Shown piece after piece: positions 1 to 8,147 of a stretch of 32,000 bases of DNA. A model generated the notes under the pieces. The model was not told where the DNA came from, did no database searches, and saw only the letters and a list, made by a program, of their open reading frames with translations. Each line of letters begins with the position of its first letter. The stretch's first letter is position 1. A program made the translations under genes and the position numbers. Source of the stretch: Thermofilum pendens Hrk 5 (lineage in GTDB: Archaea; Thermoproteota; Thermoprotei; Thermofilales; Thermofilaceae); contig NC_008698.1 of assembly GCF_000015225.1 (NCBI RefSeq), positions 1,740,001 to 1,772,000 on the forward strand, given 5' to 3'.

Positions 1-2
1 CC

Positions 3-155
3 GCTACCCGCGCGAAGCCCCGGGAACAGCGCGGCAGCCTCCAAGGCTACCTCGGGGTGACCGACGGGAGCCCTGGGAGGCCGGAGGAGCCCCCGAGAAA
101 GGGTAACAGTGAAATACTCCACAGGAAAAACCTTATCGACGACCTGTTACCCTGA
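3..155 (+). CDS. 3' end of an unidentified ORF that continues beyond the left window edge
   Basis: Frame 3 is open from base 3 to TGA at 153-155 (...GSLQGYLGVTDGSPGRPEEPPRKGNSEILHRKNLIDDLLP*). The other two forward frames stop at 58-60 and 104-106. It ends 11 nt before the TTG start of the next same-strand gene. Confidence 0.35.
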   Translation, partial: ATRAKPREQRGSLQGYLGVTDGSPGRPEEPPRKGNSEILHRKNLIDDLLP

Positions 156-166
156 GGTGTAGCTAC

Positions 167-1576
167 TTGGCCGGCAGCCTCGACGAGAAGGTTAAGAGTA
201 TATTCGGCATGGTGGCTATAAACAAGGCCGTTGCGAACAACGTGGCTATTTCCCGCGTGCCTAGGTTCATCTCCGAGTACTTGATAAACTTCAAGTGCGG
301 GGAGAGCCAGGACGCCGAGTGCGTTTCGAGGTTGTCGAGGTACATAAGCGAGCTCTACCCTGATCCCTCCGACAGGGAGCTCTTCCTGAGCAGGCTGAAG
401 GAGAGGGGCTCCCTGAAGCTTCTCGACGAGTTCAAGGTTAGGGTAGACCTCAAGAGAAACACGTACCTACTGGAGATCCCCTCTCTGCAGATAGCCGACG
501 CCTTCGTAAACGAGGATATAGTGAGGGAGAATGCGAGGCTTTTCTCCGGGCTGTGGGGGGTCGGGCTCCTCTACTACAAGCCTGAGCTCTCGAGAAGCAA
601 GAACAGAACCCCCGTCGTGCTACACGACTACAGGCCCTTCCAGGCGTCCTACGTGGATCTCAAGCTGTTCGTGGAGAGCCGGTCTAAGTTCACGTTCGAG
701 GAATGGGTAGACCTGCTGGTCACGAGCATAGGGCTAAACCCCAAGGCGTACACGCTTGGGCAGAGGCTACTCCTACTGTCCAGGCTGATCCCCGTCGCGG
801 AGCCAAACGTGAACATCCTGGAGCTAGGGCCCAGGGCTACGGGTAAGACCTCGCTGTACCGCAACGTGGCCTACTACTCGAGGATCTACGCCGGGGGGAC
901 TATAACCCCGGCGAGGCTGTTCTTCGACGCCAGGCTATCCGTACCAGGGGACCTGGCGCTACACGACGTGATAGTATTCGACGAGATAAGCCGGGTAAGG
1001 CTTTCGAACCCCGACGAGCTCGTAGCCAAGCTGAAGGACTATATGGTCGACGGCTTCTTCGAGCGCGGAGCCCTCAAGAGAGCCCACAGCACCTGCTCGC
1101 TGGTATTCCTCGGAAACGTCGACGTGGAGAGAATAGCGGACCCGAGCCACATCCTCGAGTACCTTCCAAGCTTCATGAGGGACTCGGCATTCCTGGACAG
1201 AATCCACGGGTTTATCCCCGGGTGGAGGTTGCCGAAGATTATGAGGAGCGAGGAGTCCCTCGCGAGCGGCTACGGGCTAGCCTCAGACTACCTAGCGGAG
1301 GTGTTGCACAGGCTCCGAGACGTAGCCGCCGAGAGCGTGGTAGCCGACCATGTGGAGTTCGTCGGGAAGTACACCATCAGGGACGAGAAAGCCGTGAAGC
1401 GCCTACTCTCGGGAGCCGTGAAGATACTCTTCCCGAACTTCGAGTTCGACAACGCGGAGCTTGCGAGGGTGGCTAGGGGCATAGTAGGGCTTAGAAACAA
1501 CGTGTCTAGACTGCTGACAGCCATCTCGCCCTCCGAGTTCCCCCCGAAAAAGCTCGAAGTAAAGGTTAGAGGGTAA
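167..1576 (+). CDS. BrxL-like AAA+ ATPase lacking the Lon-protease-like C-terminal domain (TIGR02688-like architecture, recalled from memory)
   Basis: TTG start at 167; 469 aa. These segments match my recollection of the BREX BrxL N-domain plus ATPase core: RVPRFISEYLINFKCG, FTFEEWVDLLVTSIGLNP, Walker A ELGPRATGKTS (nt 827-850), Walker B VIVFDEI (nt 968-988), DSAFLDRIHGFIPGW and SGYGLASDYLAEVL. The ORF stops before any protease-like domain. Confidence 0.85.
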   Translation: MAGSLDEKVKSIFGMVAINKAVANNVAISRVPRFISEYLINFKCGESQDAECVSRLSRYISELYPDPSDRELFLSRLKERGSLKLLDEFKVRVDLKRNTYLLEIPSLQIADAFVNEDIVRENARLFSGLWGVGLLYYKPELSRSKNRTPVVLHDYRPFQASYVDLKLFVESRSKFTFEEWVDLLVTSIGLNPKAYTLGQRLLLLSRLIPVAEPNVNILELGPRATGKTSLYRNVAYYSRIYAGGTITPARLFFDARLSVPGDLALHDVIVFDEISRVRLSNPDELVAKLKDYMVDGFFERGALKRAHSTCSLVFLGNVDVERIADPSHILEYLPSFMRDSAFLDRIHGFIPGWRLPKIMRSEESLASGYGLASDYLAEVLHRLRDVAAESVVADHVEFVGKYTIRDEKAVKRLLSGAVKILFPNFEFDNAELARVARGIVGLRNNVSRLLTAISPSEFPPKKLEVKVRG

Positions 1577-1584
1577 AAAGGGAC

Positions 1585-1989
1585 CTATTTCTTCTGGGAA
1601 GCCCTCCCCAAGGCCTTGAGAACCTCTATCGCGACTCCTAGGCCTCTTTGAACCTCGGGGTCGGACAAAGCTCGGAGTAGCCCGGCTAGCCCCACGGGCT
1701 TCGGCTCTTTTTGAAGCGCCTCTAGGACTGCCTTCAGAGTCCCCACGTTGCTCTTAACGGCGTCCACGTCTACTTCGCCCAGTAGGCCCACCAGCTCGTC
1801 TACGCGGTCTAGCAACTTCAGGGTGGAAGGCGTTATCAGTATCTCGGCGAGCCTACCTATGAGCTCCGGGTCCACAAGCCCGTTAACAGCGTCCAGCAAC
1901 CCGTACTCGTCCAGCTTCACCAGCGTGTCCAGGAACTTCTCGAAGGCCGCCCTCCTCTCCGGCGTGAACAGCTCTTCCACTCCTACCAC
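1585..1989 (-). CDS. DUF1641-family protein
   Basis: 134 aa, helical, with repeated ...LLD.V..LV.L... segments (LDEYGLLDAVNGLV, LKLLDRVDELVGLL, LAGLLRALSDPEVQRGLG) typical of DUF1641. GTG start overlaps the upstream flavoprotein stop by 7 nt and is preceded by GGAGG. The flavoprotein-DUF1641 pairing is common. Confidence 0.8.
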   Translation of the reverse strand: MVGVEELFTPERRAAFEKFLDTLVKLDEYGLLDAVNGLVDPELIGRLAEILITPSTLKLLDRVDELVGLLGEVDVDAVKSNVGTLKAVLEALQKEPKPVGLAGLLRALSDPEVQRGLGVAIEVLKALGRASQKK

Positions 1990-3161
1990 CCCTCCCCCCT
2001 CCTTATAAACTCGTCCGTCGCCTCGAAGTAAGCCCTGAATATGGGGCTCCAGAGCTCGGGGCTTCTCACAGCGCTCCAGTAGGTAGCCACGAAGAAGTCC
2101 TCCATGAGCCGCTTGAACTTCGAGAGTCTTACGGGTATCGGCGGGTGGTCGTAGTCGCTTATAACGAACAACCCTTTACCGTCGGTTATCAGGGGGCAGT
2201 TCGTCCTACCGCTGTACCTGGCATCGATCCCCTGAAGCCTCGCGGCTACGACTTCTGCCTGTAGGTGGGCCGTGACGCCACTCTTAGAGGTAGGCGCGTT
2301 TGTACAGTCCCCTATGGCGTAGGCATCGTCGAAGCCCTCCACCCGGCTAGTGTACTTGTCTATCTTTATGTAGCCACTCCCGTCCTTAACCTCCGCCGGG
2401 TTAACGGCGTAGCTAGGACCCCTGTGCGGCGGAACTACGGCTGCCACGTCGAAGGAGAGTTCTTCGCCTTCAAGGCTGACTATCCTCTTGTTCGCCACGT
2501 CCACCTCGTTCACAGTGAAAAACGTGTGCAGCTCTATACCGCGAGAGTTCAGCTCGGGCTCTATTATGTCCGCGATCGTTTTAGACGGGTACGCGTGGGG
2601 TACTGGCACGGCGAGGACAACCTTCACCTTGTCACTTAGACCCCTCCTGGCGAAGAACTCCCAGGACAAGAAGGCCGCCTTGTGCGGCCCCGGAGGGCAC
2701 TTGTACACAGGATCCGCTATCCCTATCACGAACCTACCCTCCTTTAAGCCTCTCAGCGAGGCGTGCAGCTTCTCGGCGTTCTCGGGCGTGGAGTAGAAGT
2801 CCCCGAACCTCTCGAGTAGCTCTCTGTGGCCGGGCACGGAGCCGTAGTCCAGCTCCGCCCCGCTGGCGAAAACCACGTAGTCGTAGCTCAAGCTTTTCCC
2901 GGAGGCCGTCTTCACAACCCTCTCGTTGAGATCCACGCTTACGACCTCGTCGTGGACGAATTCTACCCTGGGTTTCAGGAGGGAGCGTAGAGGCCTGAGA
3001 AACTTCTCCTTCCTAACCCCCTTGAACGCTATCCAGAGGTTGCCCGGCTGGAAGAAGTGTACCTCGCTTTTATCGACGACCGTTACCTTGAACTCCTCCG
3101 GGAGAAGGTTGGCCAGTATGGCTCCTCCTCCACCGCCTCCTATGATGACTACACGCTCCAT
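1983..3161 (-). CDS. FAD-dependent pyridine nucleotide-disulfide oxidoreductase, sulfide:quinone oxidoreductase / NDH-2-like
   Basis: ATG at 3161; 392 aa. N-terminal Rossmann motif VVIIGGGGGGAILA, plus YKCPPGPHK and AIGDC motifs resembling SQR-type flavoproteins. Lies in an operon with dsrE-like, tusA-like and DUF1641 genes. Confidence 0.85.
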   Translation of the reverse strand: MERVVIIGGGGGGAILANLLPEEFKVTVVDKSEVHFFQPGNLWIAFKGVRKEKFLRPLRSLLKPRVEFVHDEVVSVDLNERVVKTASGKSLSYDYVVFASGAELDYGSVPGHRELLERFGDFYSTPENAEKLHASLRGLKEGRFVIGIADPVYKCPPGPHKAAFLSWEFFARRGLSDKVKVVLAVPVPHAYPSKTIADIIEPELNSRGIELHTFFTVNEVDVANKRIVSLEGEELSFDVAAVVPPHRGPSYAVNPAEVKDGSGYIKIDKYTSRVEGFDDAYAIGDCTNAPTSKSGVTAHLQAEVVAARLQGIDARYSGRTNCPLITDGKGLFVISDYDHPPIPVRLSKFKRLMEDFFVATYWSAVRSPELWSPIFRAYFEATDEFIRRGEGW

Positions 3162-3185
3162 ACAAAAGCACCGGTATAAAAAAGG

Positions 3186-3431
3186 CTACTTTTTAGCAGT
3201 TACCTTTATAACGGCCTTTATGACGTTCCCGTCTACCTTGGCGAGCTCGACGAGCTCGTTCTTGGTGCGCTCCACCCAGGCCTTGACGTCAGGCTCGAAG
3301 CCCGGATCCGTCGCCAGCACAATGATTAAGTCCCCGTTTTGGGCGTTGCGATAAGCCCGCGTAAGAGCGGAGATTGGCCCTGGGCACGCCATCCCACGGG
3401 CATCTACGGTGATTTCAGGCATCGCCACCAC
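3186..3431 (-). CDS. tusA: TusA/SirA-family sulfur carrier protein
   Basis: CPxP active-site motif in VDARGMACPGPISAL; about 80 aa. The true start is probably ATG at 3422, preceded by AGGTGG. The track start (GTG 3431) abuts the dsrE-like stop. Confidence 0.85.
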   Translation of the reverse strand: MVAMPEITVDARGMACPGPISALTRAYRNAQNGDLIIVLATDPGFEPDVKAWVERTKNELVELAKVDGNVIKAVIKVTAKK

Positions 3432-3839
3432 CTATATGAATATTACCTCGTATTCGGCGGTCTCCTTCATGAAGAACGTCGCTCCGACTATGTCGTCTAC
3501 TATCGGGTCTAGGTCCTCCTTCTTCAGGCCTAGGGCTTCGGCTATCAGGCTACACACGTAGACTTTCACGTCGCCTACCTCCTTCGCCTCGCGAACCATG
3601 TCGTACCAGCTCGGAGCCTTCATTTTTTCGAGCCCTTTGAGGAGCCCGGGTACCATGTCTTCAAATTCCTTGGGGAACCTGGGTTGAGGCTTGTTCTTGG
3701 TGAAGTAGGGAGTAGCGAAGCCTGTCACGAAGATCCTTACGGGGACGCCTAGGTTAGCGGCTGTCTGCGTGAGGACGCCTAGGGGTATGAACTTGTCCGC
3801 TGTCCCTGAGAACATTATTATTGCTAGACCTTTCGACAT
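3432..3839 (-). CDS. DsrE/DsrF-family (DsrE3-like) sulfurtransferase
   Basis: 135 aa with a DsrE-fold pattern (LAIIMFSGTADK...) and a conserved Cys in VYVCSLIAEALG. ATG at 3839 has AT-rich TATA-like sequence upstream. Immediately followed by tusA. Confidence 0.8.
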   Translation of the reverse strand: MSKGLAIIMFSGTADKFIPLGVLTQTAANLGVPVRIFVTGFATPYFTKNKPQPRFPKEFEDMVPGLLKGLEKMKAPSWYDMVREAKEVGDVKVYVCSLIAEALGLKKEDLDPIVDDIVGATFFMKETAEYEVIFI

Positions 3840-3905
3840 TGTTGGTCGAACATGTCTATATTCGCATACTTAAATGTTTTTATGTAAAAGTTTAGATACT
3901 TGTTT

Positions 3906-3924
3906 TGTTTTTCGCGAAAAAACA
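3906..3924 (-). terminator. Palindromic T-rich element downstream of the creatininase-family gene (candidate archaeal terminator)
   Basis: Perfect 14-bp palindrome TTTTTCGCGAAAAA at 3908-3921, extendable to 3906-3924 with one bulge. On the minus strand it reads TTGTTTTTTCGCGAAAAACAA and lies 32 nt after the stop at 3956. Confidence 0.4.
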
Positions 3925-3955
3925 ATCATTAAGGTGGACAGAAAACCCGGAAAAC

Positions 3956-4705
3956 TCAGAAAACGGTGCCTTCCAGGCTCTTCTTGTAGCGTAGGAATAC
4001 TTCCGCTACGAGGTCTGCAACCCTCTCGAAGTACCTCCGCGCCTCACCGGGCTTAAACTCAACATCGCCCTCGCCCTCCGAGTAGTTAATCACGGTTCCA
4101 GGGTAGGGGTAAGCCTTGACGGCCGCCGAGTATACGTACACCGCGCTAGGCGTGTAGAGGTTTCTCTTCACGAGCTCTGGTCGTATAGCGAGAACCATCG
4201 CAGTCTCGTCGGTAGCGGCGTGTCCACCCTCCTTGCCGAGAACCTCCCGCGTGACCCCCTTTTCGCGTGCAAGTATCCACCAGTCAACGACCATGACTGC
4301 CAGCTTGTTCCTAAGCCAAGCCTTCTTGGCGGCGTTGTCTAGTGCCTGGGTGTTCCCGCCGTGCCCGTTGAGTATCAGCCCGTACCTGAAGCCGTGAAGA
4401 CTCATGCTTTCCAGTATCTCGTAGACCAGTGCCTCCAGCGTTTCCGGCTGTACGCGCACCGACCCGAAGTAGCCGTGAAGACCCGTGGTGACACCGTAGT
4501 GCACTGGGGGGAGTAAAACGGCGTTAACCTTCTCGGCGACGTACTCTCCAAGCGCGCTCGGTATGAGCGTGTCCGTGCCTAGAGGGAGGTGTGTCCCGTG
4601 GGGCTCCACCGTGCCAACAGGCAGAACGAAGGAGTCGATCTTCCTCTTCTCTACCTCCTCCTTCAGCTCGACGTAAGAAAGCTCTTCCAGTTTCAGTACC
4701 GTCAT
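3956..4705 (-). CDS. Creatininase-family amidohydrolase (possible ArfB-type formamide hydrolase)
   Basis: Family metal-ligand motifs VEPHGTHLPLGTD, LNGHGGN and GGHAATDETA; 249 aa. A TATA-like TTTAAGATAA lies about 37 nt upstream of the ATG. The ArfB assignment is only a family-level possibility. Confidence 0.85.
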   Translation of the reverse strand: MTVLKLEELSYVELKEEVEKRKIDSFVLPVGTVEPHGTHLPLGTDTLIPSALGEYVAEKVNAVLLPPVHYGVTTGLHGYFGSVRVQPETLEALVYEILESMSLHGFRYGLILNGHGGNTQALDNAAKKAWLRNKLAVMVVDWWILAREKGVTREVLGKEGGHAATDETAMVLAIRPELVKRNLYTPSAVYVYSAAVKAYPYPGTVINYSEGEGDVEFKPGEARRYFERVADLVAEVFLRYKKSLEGTVF

Positions 4706-4745
4706 CCCTATCGAGTGAGAAAGAGTGCAGCCTTATCTTAAACCT

Positions 4746-5816
4746 TTAGACGGGTATCGCTATAACGTTCCTCCAGGGCGCCGAGAGCTCGAGCTCCTCG
4801 CCTACCTGCGGGTAGTACGTGTTCGGAAGGTACGCTATCAGGGACGCCTTCCCAACCTTCAGCCTGACCTCCGTCCTGTCGCCAAGGAACATCACGAAGT
4901 CCACGGTTCCCTTCACGGTGTTTGGCTCTCCCCGCTGCCCCCCAACGGTGAACACTTCCGGTCTTACCACGACGGCAACCTTCCCGACGAGGTTCTCAGC
5001 TACGGGTACCGCTTTGACGTCAATGCCTAGCTCCTCTACTCTCACCACCACGTATCCCTCCCCCCTCTCGACGACTTCTCCCTTGTAGATGTTGCTCCTG
5101 CCAAGGAACTCCGCCGTGAAGAGGTTCGTAGGCCTGAAGTAGACCTCCCTCGGGTGTCCGTACTGGAGGACCCTGCCCTTGTCCATCACTGCTATCTTGT
5201 CGCTTATGCTCATCGCCTCTAGCTGGTCGTGAGTGACGTACACAGTGGTTATTCCGAGCGATTTCTGGATGCGCTTTATCTCTTCCCTCATCTCTATCCT
5301 CAGCTTCGCGTCAAGGTTGCTGAGAGGCTCGTCGAGAAGGAGTACTTTCGGCTGCACGACTAAAGCCCTTGCAAGCGCTACCCTCTGCTGTTGTCCGCCG
5401 CTTAGCTGGAGCGGGTACCTGTCCTCGAGTCCTTCAAGCCTAACGAGGCTCAACGCCTCCTTTACCCTTCGCTCGATCTCCTCGTCCGTCAGCCTTAGCT
5501 GCTTCTTCCTTATCCTCAGACCGTAGGCAACGTTCTCGAAGACGGTCATGTGGGGCCAGAGCGCGTAGTTCTGGAAGACCATCGCGGTTTCCCTCATGTA
5601 CGGCTTGAGGAACGTTACGTCCTCGTCGTCGAAGTACACTCTCCCCTCGTCGGGGACCTCGAAGCCCGCTATTATCCTGAGGGTCGTCGTCTTACCGCAA
5701 CCGCTGGGCCCGAGAATGGTGAATAGCTCGCCGTCGTTTATCTCCAGGTTCACGTTGTCGACGGCTTTTACCGCGCCGTAGACTTTCGTGACGCCTTTAA
5801 GGGTTATCCTGGTCAT
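4746..5816 (-). CDS. ABC transporter ATP-binding subunit (FbpC/PotA/MalK type with C-terminal regulatory beta-domain)
   Basis: Walker A GPSGCGKTT, signature LSGGQQQR, Walker B LLLDEPLS, H-loop YVTHDQ. About 120-aa C-terminal TOBE-like extension. Confidence 0.92.
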   Translation of the reverse strand: MTRITLKGVTKVYGAVKAVDNVNLEINDGELFTILGPSGCGKTTTLRIIAGFEVPDEGRVYFDDEDVTFLKPYMRETAMVFQNYALWPHMTVFENVAYGLRIRKKQLRLTDEEIERRVKEALSLVRLEGLEDRYPLQLSGGQQQRVALARALVVQPKVLLLDEPLSNLDAKLRIEMREEIKRIQKSLGITTVYVTHDQLEAMSISDKIAVMDKGRVLQYGHPREVYFRPTNLFTAEFLGRSNIYKGEVVERGEGYVVVRVEELGIDVKAVPVAENLVGKVAVVVRPEVFTVGGQRGEPNTVKGTVDFVMFLGDRTEVRLKVGKASLIAYLPNTYYPQVGEELELSAPWRNVIAIPV

Positions 5817-5828
5817 CCCATCACCACC

Positions 5829-8030
5829 TCACACCCCTATAAACGCGTACCTCTGCTTAAAGATTTTAACCACGATTAGTATTGCGACCAGCTGTATCAG
5901 TATCAGCAGGACACCCATAGCCGCCGCCACCTGGACGCCCACGGGGGATCCGCCCTTGTAGACGTTCATCATATAGTAGGTCATCGGGGCCTGCGACGGG
6001 TTGAAGTTCCCTATCGTTATGCTCGTACTCACTTCTGTGGCCATGTAAATGAAGCCGAGGACAGCCCCCGAGAATACGTAGGAAATTATGTACGGGAGGA
6101 CGACTCCGAATATAACCTTCGAGCGGCTGGCGCCCAGGTTCAGCGCCGCCTCCTCTAGCCCCTCGTGTACCTGCTGGAAGCCCGCGAAGACGGAGCGCAC
6201 GACGTACGGTAGCTTCCTGATGCTGTACGCTACCACGAGGACGACCCAGGCCTGGAAGGCTCCTATGGACGCGGGGTCCAGCGGCGTACCCGCGAAGAAC
6301 GTCGTGAAGAAGTAGTAGTAGCCGAGTGCTATGACGAGCCCGGGGATCGCCAGCGGTATCGTTGCGAGGGTGTCGAGCACGTTTGAAAGCCACGAGACCT
6401 TAACCCTGCTCACGCTGTAGCCCACCATTATCGCGAGTACGACGGCTACGAGCACGGATATCGTAGCGTACATCAGCGTGTTCCTTATGTAGGTGAATAT
6501 GCCGGGGTCGAGGAACAGCTTCTCGAAGTAGTCCAGGGTGAAGCCAGCGAGGCTTAGGGAGAAGCCCCTCGGAGGCATCACGTTGAAAGCTAGGAGGAAA
6601 ACCCCAATCTGGGGGAAGACAGTTACCAGGACGAAAGGCACCACCAGGAGGTATATCGCCGCGAGTGCCAGGGGCCCGGCGGGCCTCTGCCTGGAGACGA
6701 GACGACCACCCCTGCTTATCATGGCGTAGCTCCTCATCCCCACGTAGTTCCTTATCGCGAGGAAGCCCAGGACAGCGATGAAGAGCATTACTAGCCCGAG
6801 TGCCGCGGACTCCGGGGAGACTATGCCGGTCTGGGTCACGAAGCCCTTGAAGATCTGCGCGCTCATGAGGTTCCACTCCTGGAATATCAGAGGAGCTCCT
6901 ACGTCCTCCAGGCTGAATATGTACACTATTATCGCTCCAGCGACTATGCCGGGGAGCGCTAGGGGGAAGGTCACCGTCCTGAAGAGCAGGAAGCCCTTGG
7001 CTCCCAGGTTCTCGCCTTGCTCCTCCGTGCTCGGGTCAACGTTGAGAAAAGCGCTGTAGGCGTTGAGGTATACTATTGGGTAGAAGGAGATTATCTGCGC
7101 CAGCGCCACCCCCACGAGGCCGTCTACCCTCACGCTCCACCCGAACAGCTTCGACGTGATCATTGATATCGGGCCGTACTCGCTGAAGAGAATCTTGACG
7201 ACGTAGGAGTTCACGAATGGCGTTACGAACAGGGGTATCATCGAGAGTATGCGGAGGAGCTCTTTTCCCGGGAAGCTGTACCTAGCGATCACGAACGCCA
7301 CTGCGACTCCGAGCACGGTTGCAACCACCGTTACTACGAGCGCGTTGAGGAGGCTGTTGAGCAGTATACCGTAGTTCAGGCCCTTCACCACGTAGAGCGT
7401 CCCCTCGCCGTAGGGTAGCTGGAAGACCGCCTGCTCCCCGGGTAGCGTCTCCAGCCTGACGTAGTCCCTCGACGTGAATATCCGCTGAAAGTTGGCGTAC
7501 CATGGTAGCCCCGCCGGGGCCTGGAAGGCGTGTAGGAGCACCAGGAGTATCGGTACCACGAGGAACACTACGAGGGCAACCGAGCTGAAAACCATGAAAA
7601 ACCACATTACCGGGTCCAGCTGGTAGAAAAGCGCCTTCAGCCTCCTCGACAACGGCAGCGCCCTGCCCCTCGCCCTGCGGGCTTCCCGGAGGTACCTAGC
7701 CTTTTCGAGCGCGTAGCCCGCGATGGAAGCTCCCAGGAGTGGTGCCAGGAAGATCCCCACGGCTCTCGGCAGGGACGGTATCGACGCCAAGGCTACGAAG
7801 AGGTTGTAGAGGAGCGAGAACACGGAGAGAAAGCTGAGCCCGGAGCTGAACTTAATCCACCTGTAGTCGTAGCCCAGCGCCACTAGGAGCAAGCCTACCG
7901 CTAGGCCGAGCGCGGTGAACAAGTTGTCTACCAGTACGTTCGCGAGCGAGAAGTTGTAGAGCACGATGTACACCACTGCGAGGGCTATCCCGGACACCCA
8001 CACGCTTTTCTTCGAAACCCTTTTCACCAA
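5829..8030 (-). CDS. ABC transporter permease, fused double-domain (FbpB/ThiP type) with an extra N-terminal membrane region
   Basis: 733 aa and highly hydrophobic. Two EAA-loop-like segments (TEEQGENLGAKGFLLFRTVTFP and LEEAALNLGASRSKVIFGVVLP) indicate two tandem permease domains. About 140 additional N-terminal residues contain about 4 predicted TM helices. TTG/GTG start at 8030/8027. Confidence 0.9.
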   Translation of the reverse strand: MVKRVSKKSVWVSGIALAVVYIVLYNFSLANVLVDNLFTALGLAVGLLLVALGYDYRWIKFSSGLSFLSVFSLLYNLFVALASIPSLPRAVGIFLAPLLGASIAGYALEKARYLREARRARGRALPLSRRLKALFYQLDPVMWFFMVFSSVALVVFLVVPILLVLLHAFQAPAGLPWYANFQRIFTSRDYVRLETLPGEQAVFQLPYGEGTLYVVKGLNYGILLNSLLNALVVTVVATVLGVAVAFVIARYSFPGKELLRILSMIPLFVTPFVNSYVVKILFSEYGPISMITSKLFGWSVRVDGLVGVALAQIISFYPIVYLNAYSAFLNVDPSTEEQGENLGAKGFLLFRTVTFPLALPGIVAGAIIVYIFSLEDVGAPLIFQEWNLMSAQIFKGFVTQTGIVSPESAALGLVMLFIAVLGFLAIRNYVGMRSYAMISRGGRLVSRQRPAGPLALAAIYLLVVPFVLVTVFPQIGVFLLAFNVMPPRGFSLSLAGFTLDYFEKLFLDPGIFTYIRNTLMYATISVLVAVVLAIMVGYSVSRVKVSWLSNVLDTLATIPLAIPGLVIALGYYYFFTTFFAGTPLDPASIGAFQAWVVLVVAYSIRKLPYVVRSVFAGFQQVHEGLEEAALNLGASRSKVIFGVVLPYIISYVFSGAVLGFIYMATEVSTSITIGNFNPSQAPMTYYMMNVYKGGSPVGVQVAAAMGVLLILIQLVAILIVVKIFKQRYAFIGV

Positions 8031-8118
8031 AGGGCGACCCCCGACTAAATGCCCATAGATATCGCAAAAACCGAATTTATTTCTTTCTGGGACGCTTTAC
8101 TACCTTCGAAACCAGACA

Positions 8119-8134
8119 GGAAAAAAGGAAAATA
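8119..8134 (-). terminator. Oligo-T tract after the SBP gene (candidate intra-operon terminator/attenuator)
   Basis: The minus strand reads TATTTTCCTTTTTTCC beginning 14 nt after the SBP stop (8148). A 117-nt gap precedes the permease gene. Confidence 0.45.
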
Positions 8135-8147
8135 CTAGCACGCGAGG

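Noticed and set aside
163-345. 60-aa minus-strand ORF overlapping the start of the BrxL-like gene
   Set aside because: It is antisense to a well-supported CDS, has no start context or motifs, and is most likely a chance ORF.
4706-4745. Possibility that the creatininase-family gene is the last gene of the ABC-importer operon and acts on the imported substrate
   Set aside because: A TATA-like TTTAAGATAA lies about 37 nt upstream of its ATG, right after the ATPase stop. Independent transcription is therefore at least as likely, and there is no sequence evidence for functional coupling.
5866-7605. Long alternative-frame minus-strand ORFs (5866-6393, 6400-6876, 7282-7605) inside the permease gene
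   Set aside because: Their translations are Arg/Pro/Gly-rich with no hydrophobic or motif structure. This is typical of off-frame shadows in GC-rich coding sequence. The overlapping 733-aa frame has clear ABC-permease features.
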